IMG/VR virus record: IMGVR_UViG_3300014205_000209
Strand: one strand, 5' to 3'
Length of the DNA stretch: 16,579 nucleotides
Origin: a virus
Lineage: Duplodnaviria; Heunggongvirae; Uroviricota; Caudoviricetes
Both the position numbers and the translations under genes were made by a program. The stretch's first letter is position 1; every line of letters starts with the position of its first letter. Shown here piece by piece: positions 1-7,389 of the stretch. Under the pieces are notes generated by a model. The model saw nothing but the letters and a program-made list of their open reading frames with translations, was not told the origin of the DNA and searched no databases.

Positions 1-237
1 ACAAGTGAATGGATCACATCCTATAATATTTTTACAATTTAATTTTGAAATAATCAAACTAATTTCTCCACTTCCACAAGCTAAGTCTAATATATTTTTA
101 TTTGGTAAATTCCATTCTTTCCATATTTTAATTGTGCCTTCATTTAATTTGTCAAAATGAGGATTCACATAATTATTACCAAAATTTTCATAATAATTTT
201 TAACACCATATTTTTCGTATTTTTTTCTTATAGACAT
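1..237 (-). CDS. Class I SAM-dependent methyltransferase (partial, runs off the window start)
   Basis: Not in the track. ATG at 237 overlaps the upstream TAA (TAATG). Manual translation gives MSIRKKYEKYGVKNYYENFGNNYVNPHFDKLNEGTIKIWKEWNLPNKNILDLACGSGEISLIISKLNCKNIIGCDPFTC, with motif I (LDLACGSG) and an acidic motif II (IIGCDP). Confidence 0.85.
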   Translation of the reverse strand, partial: MSIRKKYEKYGVKNYYENFGNNYVNPHFDKLNEGTIKIWKEWNLPNKNILDLACGSGEISLIISKLNCKNIIGCDPFTC

Positions 238-1466
238 TATTCTAATTTTGTACCACAATCATCACAAATAGTTAAATCTTCACCAGCAACACCAAGTGAA
301 ATTTTATTGTTATGATTACATTTAATAGTGCATGATGTAACTCCAGTAGGGTTAGCAACACTTAAAAATAATTTATGTTGTCGTATGAAACTACCATTAG
401 AATAAATTAACACATTATCAATAAATACATCTACATTTTTCATTGATTTAACTATATCCCAATGTAATCCTGATTTATTTAGTCCACCAGCATCAGGATA
501 AGATGCACCAATAGCCATATGCATCGTTCCACCTATTTTTTCGTCGAATAAAATACTTTTTGAAAATGTTTTAATATTTTTATTTATTCCAAAAGCAATT
601 TCACCAATTTTATTAGATCCTTCATCCATTGAAATCATTTTATTTAGAAATTCATGATTCTTTTTAGCAAGTGCACTTATAATGATTCCGTCTTTTATTT
701 CTAATTCTACACCTTCAACTTCGAATCCATTATAACAAGCTGGATAATCAAATTTTATATAACCATTAACACTATCTTCTACAGGTGAAGTATATATTTC
801 TCCATCAGGCATATTACATTTACCATCACAATTAATCCATTTTCTACCTTCAACATTTGCTGTAATGTCTACATCATTTCCTACTATTCGTATTTGTTTT
901 GCATTTTCAAAAAGTTTAAGATATTCTTTTTGTTCATTTGAAATGTTTTGCCAATATAAAATAGGATTTTCATTTTTTAATCCACAAGCTTCATATACAA
1001 ATTCAGTATATTCTTCCAAACTCATTTCTGCATCTTGAGCTTGTGATAGAGTTGGATATGGACAATATACCCATTTATAATTTCCTGCAGTTTCACGTTC
1101 ATCATAAATATCTCTGACAATTTGATGTGCTTTTTTATATTTTGCAATTGTAGATGGATCTATTTTAGATAATTCTTTAGTATTAAATGGTCCATCAATT
1201 ATTATAGTATAATCTATTGTTTCTGCAGTAAATTTTCTAAATGGATTTAAAAATTCAATATTTTTACAATGTTTATAATAAGAATATGCTTGTCCTTCAA
1301 ATGACATATTAACTATTGGATAAGCACCACGTTTAAGTATTATTTCATATAATTCTTTAATTAAAGAAACAGCAATACTTGTACCATTTATTTCTACAAT
1401 TTTATTTGGCTGTACATTTAAAGAATAATCAACTAACAGTTCTGCTAATTTTCGTTCATTAATCAT
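237..1466 (-). CDS. Aminopeptidase, peptidase family M29 (AmpT/AmpS/PepS-like), with a 49-aa Cys-rich C-terminal extension
   Basis: M29 motifs NMPDGEIYTSP, IGEIAFG, LFDEKIGGTMHMAIGASYP and SGLHWD carry the Glu/His/Asp metal ligands. The N-terminus KLAELLVDYSLNVQP is typical of the family. Confidence 0.95.
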   Translation of the reverse strand: MINERKLAELLVDYSLNVQPNKIVEINGTSIAVSLIKELYEIILKRGAYPIVNMSFEGQAYSYYKHCKNIEFLNPFRKFTAETIDYTIIIDGPFNTKELSKIDPSTIAKYKKAHQIVRDIYDERETAGNYKWVYCPYPTLSQAQDAEMSLEEYTEFVYEACGLKNENPILYWQNISNEQKEYLKLFENAKQIRIVGNDVDITANVEGRKWINCDGKCNMPDGEIYTSPVEDSVNGYIKFDYPACYNGFEVEGVELEIKDGIIISALAKKNHEFLNKMISMDEGSNKIGEIAFGINKNIKTFSKSILFDEKIGGTMHMAIGASYPDAGGLNKSGLHWDIVKSMKNVDVFIDNVLIYSNGSFIRQHKLFLSVANPTGVTSCTIKCNHNNKISLGVAGEDLTICDDCGTKLE

Positions 1467-1879
1467 TTTTTTATACTTTCTAATTTAACTTTTAAAACAA
1501 TACTTGAGCTATATCGATCTTCATTAATAGTCGACATAGAATAACTTTTCATAGTTGGATGAGTTTGTTTTAAATATTTTTCTACTGTCATCCATTTAAA
1601 TTTATTTCCTTCACATCCAGAACCTTTGGTCATTATGCATACTTTTCCACAAGAAAAATCATAAAAAGTTGTACCATAATCTGTTAACTTTAATATAATA
1701 GTATTTTCTTCTAATTGTTGCTGAACAGTTGATTGTACTATAATTTTATTTCCATGTTTTGATCCAACATTAGATCCAACGTATCCTCCAACTGCACCAC
1801 CTACAGCAGAACTAACAAATCCTGCGTTAACACTAAAACAAAATGGTAATAACATAAATATACAAATTATTTTTTTCAT
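1463..1879 (-). CDS. Exported/membrane hypothetical protein with glycine-zipper segment
   Basis: Signal-peptide-like N-terminus MKKIICIFMLLPFCFSVNA followed by GGAVGGYVGSNVG (GxxxG repeats). ATGA coupling to the next gene. Confidence 0.7.
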   Translation of the reverse strand: MKKIICIFMLLPFCFSVNAGFVSSAVGGAVGGYVGSNVGSKHGNKIIVQSTVQQQLEENTIILKLTDYGTTFYDFSCGKVCIMTKGSGCEGNKFKWMTVEKYLKQTHPTMKSYSMSTINEDRYSSSIVLKVKLESIKK

Positions 1880-2794
1880 TTATTCTTTCACCTCATAAAT
1901 AATAGAAGAAAATGATGGGACCATAAATTCATCTTCTATTTCGCTATTAAATAATCCTACGTTCATTTCATATTGTTTATTAGTATTTAATTGTTTGTAT
2001 TTTACTGAAGAAATATGGGTTGCAAAATTTTCTGAAAATGCTATTGATGGTTTTATTAAAAATAAATTAATAAACCATCCTGACATCGCTGATTGATGTC
2101 CAGAACCACAATTTTTAATTAAAAACATATTTTTCCAAAAATCTATAGAATCAAATTGTGTTATTATATTGTTTAAAATAATGCTAATTGAAATAATCCA
2201 ATCTTGATTTGATTTTATATTTTTTGATAATTCTTCCCATTGTAACTTTAACATTTTCCAATCATCAAGTGTACCTTTAATGTTAATATATGGAAATCCA
2301 CAAAGATACATACTATAATTATAATAAGGACTACACATATCACAAAATGCTGCTTGAAAAGCATATTCACTATTTTTAGTGAAAGTATCAAATTTAGGAA
2401 AATAAATAGAAGAATCAGTAGGTATAGTATTTTTTAAAACCTCTGATAATTTATTTAATGGCATTACTACTAAATCATGACTTAAAATTTTTATTTCTTG
2501 TTTTTCTGTTGAATTTGAAAAAAGTAATCTATAATCTTCTGGTGATTGTTTTATAAGACTTATTACTTCATTTAAAATTGTGTACCAAATTATATCTGGT
2601 GTTATAGTTATACTATAATGATTAGCATAACACAACTCTAAATATGTTATATAATTTGAATGATATAATACTGCATTATTAGATAATGTTTCATGTACAT
2701 GTATTTTTTTTCTACTATCTAAAAACTTTTTTTTCATTAACTCAGGATCTGAATTTAAAGCAATTAACTTATCTTCTGATAATTTTAAAATCAT
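1880..2794 (-). CDS. DUF4419-family protein
   Basis: Motifs CYANHYSITITPDIIWYTIL, YYNYSMYLCGFPYINIKGTLDDW and SGWFINLF resemble DUF4419 (recognition from memory). Confidence 0.8.
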   Translation of the reverse strand: MILKLSEDKLIALNSDPELMKKKFLDSRKKIHVHETLSNNAVLYHSNYITYLELCYANHYSITITPDIIWYTILNEVISLIKQSPEDYRLLFSNSTEKQEIKILSHDLVVMPLNKLSEVLKNTIPTDSSIYFPKFDTFTKNSEYAFQAAFCDMCSPYYNYSMYLCGFPYINIKGTLDDWKMLKLQWEELSKNIKSNQDWIISISIILNNIITQFDSIDFWKNMFLIKNCGSGHQSAMSGWFINLFLIKPSIAFSENFATHISSVKYKQLNTNKQYEMNVGLFNSEIEDEFMVPSFSSIIYEVKE

Positions 2795-2924
2795 CTTTTT
2801 CCTTTTTTATTTTAGGATTTACACTTAATACTTTGCAACTATTAGTTGCACAAAAATAAATTATTTGATTATGTTGATTTCTCAAAATTTTAAATTTAAT
2901 TCCACATTGTTTACATTTTTCCAT
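2769..2924 (-). CDS. 51-aa zinc-ribbon microprotein (C-x2-C-x17-C-x4-C)
   Basis: Not in the track. ATG overlaps the upstream TAA (TAATG). Translation MEKCKQCGIKFKILRNQHNQIIYFCATNSCKVLSVNPKIKKEKDDFKIIRR; fills the 2795-2923 gap. Confidence 0.7.
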   Translation of the reverse strand: MEKCKQCGIKFKILRNQHNQIIYFCATNSCKVLSVNPKIKKEKDDFKIIRR

Positions 2925-3184
2925 TATTTTTCCAAAGGTGTTCTATTTGTTTGTTTACAATAAAAATTTATTTCTTTCGTTTTCTCTAACAATATTTTCT
3001 TTGCTTTAGAATAATCCAATTTACATCGTTTTAATAATTTAGATTTTGAACCTACTTCATCTTTATATTTAAGATTACACTTAAAACCTTCTTTTGAAAA
3101 CATTTCTATCATTTTTGCAATAAAGAATGATTTTCCTGAACCTACAGATCCTGCTAGTTCTATACTTAAAACATTTTTTTTCAT
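2924..3184 (-). CDS. Small P-loop-containing protein (Walker A only)
   Basis: IELAGSVGSGKS matches GxxxxGKS after a beta strand. At 86 aa it has no clear Walker B. Confidence 0.6.
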   Translation of the reverse strand: MKKNVLSIELAGSVGSGKSFFIAKMIEMFSKEGFKCNLKYKDEVGSKSKLLKRCKLDYSKAKKILLEKTKEINFYCKQTNRTPLEK

Positions 3185-3187
3185 GTA

Positions 3188-4597
3188 TTACTCCCTATAA
3201 GTAATTTCAATTTTTGTTTTTCCTTTTTGATTCCATCCAAAAATTCTACTTTTATCATTTAAGTTTGCTCTTATTATTTTATCATTTATTTTTATAATAA
3301 TAGCTTTTGTTTCTGGAATAAAAATTTCAGTATTACAATCTAAGGTATGATTATATGTTAATGTAAAACAATTATCGACAGTATTAAATTTAAAATTTGA
3401 ACCTGCAATTTTTCTAGGATATATTCTAATTAGTTTTTTAAGCTGTTGAGTTTCTTCACCATTAGTTAATACTCCAAATGGATGATTATCGTAAGTAAAA
3501 TAAATCCAACTAATATTAGATTTATCTGTTAAAGTTAAAAAATCATTCAAATAATCTAAATATCCTTCTGATGTTGAAGGAGCACCAAATTCACCAAAAA
3601 CTATAGGTGTTTTGAATTTTTTAGCATTTAGTAATGTACCTTTGATTTCTTGTTTCATTATTTTTTTTGCTAATTTAGAATATGGTTTACCTTCATGAAC
3701 TTTCAAATCATAATAATGAGGAGTAAAAATAGCTGGAATATTTGGTTTAAAATTTAATATTGAAGGAATACCTGAACTTGTCCAAATAGCTGGTTCAAAC
3801 CATATTGGTTTTCGAAATCTATTTTCTAAAACCATTTTTTGAATTTTATCATAAAATTTTGGTAATGTTTCACGTTCAAATTTAATTAAATCTTTCGAAG
3901 TTTCTTTTATTAAATATAATTCTTTAGTAGTTGTTAATTCTTTGATATTAGATGGTAATGCTGGAAAAGGTTCATTCATTAAATCGAATCCAACAACGTT
4001 AGATAAAGAATCAAATGATGTATAACATTTTTTTACAAATTCAACATATTTAGCTTGTAATGATTCACTTTTCCAGAAATTAGAATAACATGCTAACATT
4101 GCAGGTTGCAAATAATTATCACTCCATTTAGCTTGTTCAATAAAAGGTTCATTATTAGTATTTGCTGTCCAAGCTGGAAAACCATTACCGGTATAATTTA
4201 ATTCAGGTACTGGTCCATATAAATCCTGATGTAGATCTATTACAACATCAATTCCTAAACTTTTCAATTTATTTATTTGTTCAATAACTTTATCAAAATA
4301 TGTTTGTGATATTGCACCTTCTAATGGTTCTGCAGCATGCCAAAATATTAAAAACCTTACTAAATTAAATCCCCATTCATTTAATTTTTTATAATCTTCG
4401 TCAGTTTGCCATGGCAAATAAAAATTTTGACCGTTATGTTTTGAAAAATTTGAAACGTTCAAACCATGATATATTAATGTTCGTCCTTTAGTATCTTTAA
4501 TGTGATATTTATTTTTTGGTGTAGGCATTATCAAATGTGTACATTTTACCAAAAACAAAGACAACAACAAAATTAAATATTTTAACTTCATAATCAT
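3188..4597 (-). CDS. Glycoside hydrolase family 5, endoglycoceramidase-like, predicted lipoprotein
   Basis: DTKGRTLIYHGLN, GFNLVRFLIFWHAAEP, VVIDLHQD, acid/base GFDLMNEP, FTPHYY and nucleophile VFGEFG. C-terminal beta domain RIYPRKIAG. N-terminal hydrophobic stretch ending FLVKC. SD AGAGGTG upstream. Confidence 0.9.
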   Translation of the reverse strand: MIMKLKYLILLLSLFLVKCTHLIMPTPKNKYHIKDTKGRTLIYHGLNVSNFSKHNGQNFYLPWQTDEDYKKLNEWGFNLVRFLIFWHAAEPLEGAISQTYFDKVIEQINKLKSLGIDVVIDLHQDLYGPVPELNYTGNGFPAWTANTNNEPFIEQAKWSDNYLQPAMLACYSNFWKSESLQAKYVEFVKKCYTSFDSLSNVVGFDLMNEPFPALPSNIKELTTTKELYLIKETSKDLIKFERETLPKFYDKIQKMVLENRFRKPIWFEPAIWTSSGIPSILNFKPNIPAIFTPHYYDLKVHEGKPYSKLAKKIMKQEIKGTLLNAKKFKTPIVFGEFGAPSTSEGYLDYLNDFLTLTDKSNISWIYFTYDNHPFGVLTNGEETQQLKKLIRIYPRKIAGSNFKFNTVDNCFTLTYNHTLDCNTEIFIPETKAIIIKINDKIIRANLNDKSRIFGWNQKGKTKIEITYRE

Positions 4598-4601
4598 ATT
4601 C

Positions 4602-4706
4602 TCACCTCTTTAAAATAACATCAATATTAGAAATTAAAATAATTCCACAAATTATACAAATTACTAATAATATAAAGACTGCTGGTAATTGTTGTTTAAA
4701 ATTCAT
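4602..4706 (-). CDS. 34-aa single-transmembrane microprotein
   Basis: Not in the track. MNFKQQLPAVFILLVICIICGIILISNIDVILKR; ATGA-coupled to the upstream microprotein, and its 3' end contains the SD of the GH5 gene. Confidence 0.7.
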   Translation of the reverse strand: MNFKQQLPAVFILLVICIICGIILISNIDVILKR

Positions 4707-4786
4707 TTCTTTTTCTTTATAATTAAAAAAGTTACAACTGCAGCAATGATACCAAGTACAACAAAAAAGATAGATTTCTTCGACAT
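4703..4786 (-). CDS. 27-aa single-transmembrane microprotein
   Basis: Not in the track. MSKKSIFFVVLGIIAAVVTFLIIKKKK; strong SD AAGGAG (taaaaggagtcaaaATG). Confidence 0.75.
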   Translation of the reverse strand: MSKKSIFFVVLGIIAAVVTFLIIKKKK

Positions 4787-4797
4787 TTTGACTCCTT

Positions 4798-4911
4798 TTA
4801 ATGCATTTTTTTAAAAATTAATAAACAAAACCCAATAAAAATCAATACCCCAATACCAGAATCAATCATAGTTAATTTTCTGATAATTATATCTGCTTGT
4901 TCAGTAGTCAT
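4798..4911 (-). CDS. 37-aa single-transmembrane microprotein
   Basis: Not in the track. MTTEQADIIIRKLTMIDSGIGVLIFIGFCLLIFKKMH; SD GAAAGGA upstream. Confidence 0.7.
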   Translation of the reverse strand: MTTEQADIIIRKLTMIDSGIGVLIFIGFCLLIFKKMH

Positions 4912-4943
4912 TTTAATTTCCTTTCAGATCAACTTTAAACAAC

Positions 4944-4971
4944 AATAGCTATTCAATTAAGAATAGCTATT
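4944..4971. repeat. Perfect 11-bp inverted repeat whose arms each contain the palindrome AATAGCTATT (operator or hairpin)
   Basis: AATAGCTATTC-aattaa-GAATAGCTATT in the 4912-5033 intergenic gap. Confidence 0.75.
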
Positions 4972-5033
4972 TATCTTCATAGAATGTGATTTTTTTGACA
5001 TGTTAAAATTATCAAAAAAAACTTTACTTAAAG

Positions 5034-5414
5034 CTAAATATTTTTGAAAATATCTTTACTTATGTTTCTTAATTGTTCTATTTTAGTTTGTAATTCTGGT
5101 TTATCATTTCTACTTAAAACTTTAATCAATTGAGAAAAAAGATCCACTGGATTTTCTTTATTAAAAGCTTTCTTATCTATTGCTAATTTAATAGTTTCAT
5201 CAGCAATAAATGTAACTTTCTCTGGTAATCCAGTATGTTTAGTATGTGCAAAATCTGATAAATCTTTTTTCTTCATAGAATCAGCAAGATTTTTAACAGT
5301 TTCTCTTACCCCTTCTGGAATATCATTTAATGATAAAGCACCATCTCTATAAGCCCAAGCCATTCCCATCAATCTTTGTTGTGACTTAGAAACTGATTTA
5401 GATTCTAGATTCAT
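5034..5414 (-). CDS. DUF3008-domain protein with C-terminal extension
   Basis: SVSKSQQRLMGMA...LADSMKKKDLSDFAHTKHTGLPEKV resembles DUF3008. Start moved from 5423 to 5414 because AAGGA lies 8 nt upstream of that ATG. Confidence 0.8.
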   Translation of the reverse strand: MNLESKSVSKSQQRLMGMAWAYRDGALSLNDIPEGVRETVKNLADSMKKKDLSDFAHTKHTGLPEKVTFIADETIKLAIDKKAFNKENPVDLFSQLIKVLSRNDKPELQTKIEQLRNISKDIFKNI

Positions 5415-5449
5415 CTCAAACATCCTTTTTAATGTTATAATGGATTATT

Positions 5450-5478
5450 ATTATATTGAAAATTAAAGTTGACTTAAA
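5450..5478 (-). promoter_or_regulatory. Putative sigma70-like promoter for the DUF3008 gene
   Basis: Minus strand TTTAAG-N17-TATAAT; AT-rich background lowers specificity. Confidence 0.4.
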
Positions 5479-5752
5479 TGCTTACAGTAACTATAGGAAT
5501 TATTTTAGACAAATTACATAGTTCAGCATTTTTAATAAATTCTTCTGATGTATTGATAAAAAATGTTTTTCTATTTTGTTTAACAAATTCTTTATGAAAT
5601 TGAATAATTAAACCAATATATCCACTATGTAAGATATTTATTTTGTTACAATCTAAATAAATATCTTCTTTTGATTTTTCAGCTTTTTGTAATTTTGATT
5701 GTAAATCTAAAATTCCGTCAACAATATTCTTATCATTTATTTGAATTATCAT
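5474..5752 (-). CDS. STAS-domain protein (anti-sigma-factor antagonist-like)
   Basis: IYLDCNKINILHSGYIGLIIQFHK aligns to the STAS consensus LDLSxVxFIDSSGLGxL. C-terminal LCNLSKIIPI is typical. 92 aa. Confidence 0.8.
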   Translation of the reverse strand: MIIQINDKNIVDGILDLQSKLQKAEKSKEDIYLDCNKINILHSGYIGLIIQFHKEFVKQNRKTFFINTSEEFIKNAELCNLSKIIPIVTVSI

Positions 5753-5764
5753 AATTTTATTGAA

Positions 5765-5793
5765 ATTATAAAAGCAATGTAAAATTAATTCAA
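5765..5793 (-). promoter_or_regulatory. Putative sigma70-like promoter upstream of the STAS gene
   Basis: Minus strand TTGAAT-N17-TATAAT, with the -10 box ending 12 nt before the ATG; no SD, implying a very short leader. Confidence 0.55.
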
Positions 5794-6132
5794 AACTGTA
5801 ACAATAGTTTTGTTTTTAATAACTGCTTTCATACCATCACAAATAGGAATTGTACCATTAATACAAAAATCAATTAGATTAATAACTTTTTCTGTCATGA
5901 TTTTTGATGTAATTTCTTCTATATTTAATTTTCCAGTTCTTTCTAAATAACGTAAAATTGCATGTTCACTTAAAATTGGTTTCGCTTGATTGTCTTTAAT
6001 TTTACTTTTTATTTTATCAAGTTCTTGATATTTTTTATTTGACTCTAACTGTAAAACATTGATTCTTTGTTTCAATTGTTGTAATTCTTCTTCTAATTCT
6101 AGTTTTCTTGAATTTAATTGTTTGATTGACAT
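5785..6132 (-). CDS. Hypothetical protein: coiled coil plus SEHAILRYLER motif domain
   Basis: Heptad-rich N-terminal half; the C-terminal HAxxRxxER motif recurs in small phage proteins. Confidence 0.65.
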   Translation of the reverse strand: MSIKQLNSRKLELEEELQQLKQRINVLQLESNKKYQELDKIKSKIKDNQAKPILSEHAILRYLERTGKLNIEEITSKIMTEKVINLIDFCINGTIPICDGMKAVIKNKTIVTVLN

Positions 6133-6141
6133 TAAAATAAC

Positions 6142-6417
6142 CTAAATAGGAATGAATTTTATTAGTATATCTTCGTCACCATCAACTTTAATTTTACAAT
6201 TTGGAAAATCTTTATCACTTTCATTTAAAGACATTCCAAGTGTCATTTTGTTTTTAGGACATTCATTACCACATCTATCAAAATAACAACCATAACATTG
6301 AGAAGCAGTACCCTCGAAATGTTGTTTAATTTTGAATTTTATCCCTTTTATAATAATCTTGTCATGTGAAAATTTTGCAGGGATATATTTTTCTGGCTCA
6401 ATCAGTGTTATTTTCAT
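6142..6417 (-). CDS. Cys-rich hypothetical phage protein
   Basis: CYGCYF..C...C...C pattern; ATGA-coupled to the upstream gene. Confidence 0.65.
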   Translation of the reverse strand: MKITLIEPEKYIPAKFSHDKIIIKGIKFKIKQHFEGTASQCYGCYFDRCGNECPKNKMTLGMSLNESDKDFPNCKIKVDGDEDILIKFIPI

Positions 6418-7385
6418 GGTATAAATGGTGTAATATTTGTTATTTTATTTAAAGCTCTTAAAGCAGAACTTGAAATGTGTTCAAATTGTTTATCGCAAGG
6501 AATATAAATTACTTTAATATCATTTTTATAATATTTCATAAATTGAAGTTGATTCATTTCATAATCTAAATCATAACCATTTCTTAAACCTCTTATAATT
6601 GTTATATCTGCATAATCCTCTTTTTCTTTTACAAAATCTGTTAATAAACCTTCAAATGTTTGTACATCATAAAACCATAATTGTTCTTTTAATTTAACAT
6701 AACGTTCATTAAAACTTGCGGAATCTTTTTCTGGATTTTTTCCAATTGCTATTATAACTTTATCGAATAATTTAGATGACTTTAATAAAATATCCATATG
6801 ACCATTATGAAATGGGTCGAATGATCCTGCATATATACCTATTTTAGGTTTCCAATTTTTAACCAAATCAACCAAATAAAAAAGGTTATGATATTTTTCA
6901 TGTGAATTTGCAACATTTAAAAGAAATTCTAACCTTTTTTTTTTGAAAAATGGATAACTAATAAATTGATATTCTTTAAAAATTTGATAATTATAATCTA
7001 GCAATTTACTAATAGATTTATTTTCTAAAATTTCACAATCAATATTTTTAAACATTTGAAATAATTCATCAGTTGGTTCTTGATCAGTAAAATATAAACT
7101 AGTATTTTTAATAAATTCAACTATTTTATCTGCACATTTTTGATCAATGTCATATATTTTTTTATTAAAATCTTCAATAAATATTTTAGCACTTTCTTCT
7201 TCATTATTTCTTCTATTAGGATAATATACAATGTCATGATATTTTGCTACAATATTAAGAAATTTTCTATTTTCATTATCAATATCTAATTGTTTTATTC
7301 CCCTAAAAACATTTATTAAATGTTGAGTAGTATGAAAAAAACGATGATGTTCATTATATCTTAAATAAACTTCTTCAGTAAGCAT
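6414..7385 (-). CDS. coaD: Fusion of an HD-superfamily phosphohydrolase (COG4339-like) and phosphopantetheine adenylyltransferase
   Basis: N-terminal half: HRFFHTTQHL, YHDIVY, NEEESA, DCEIL. C-terminal half: GIYAGSFDPFHNGHMDI, DKVIIAIGKNPEK, IIRGLR, DLDYE and ISSS, all PPAT signatures. Confidence 0.88.
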   Translation of the reverse strand: MLTEEVYLRYNEHHRFFHTTQHLINVFRGIKQLDIDNENRKFLNIVAKYHDIVYYPNRRNNEEESAKIFIEDFNKKIYDIDQKCADKIVEFIKNTSLYFTDQEPTDELFQMFKNIDCEILENKSISKLLDYNYQIFKEYQFISYPFFKKKRLEFLLNVANSHEKYHNLFYLVDLVKNWKPKIGIYAGSFDPFHNGHMDILLKSSKLFDKVIIAIGKNPEKDSASFNERYVKLKEQLWFYDVQTFEGLLTDFVKEKEDYADITIIRGLRNGYDLDYEMNQLQFMKYYKNDIKVIYIPCDKQFEHISSSALRALNKITNITPFIP

Positions 7386-7389
7386 AATT

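Noticed and set aside
1-2794. Eukaryotic giant-virus origin suggested by DUF4419
   Set aside because: SD sites, translational coupling, lipoprotein signals, IF-1, STAS and a receiver domain all indicate a bacterial translation context.
2834-2850. 17-bp palindrome TGCAACTA-T-TAGTTGCA
   Set aside because: Single occurrence inside the zinc-ribbon ORF (codons CATNSC); can be explained by coding. Not excluded as an operator, but unsupported.
6935-6944. A10 run (minus strand) in HD-CoaD as a frameshift or phase-variation site
   Set aside because: Encodes KKK in frame; long A/T runs are common at this composition, and no stimulatory structure was seen.
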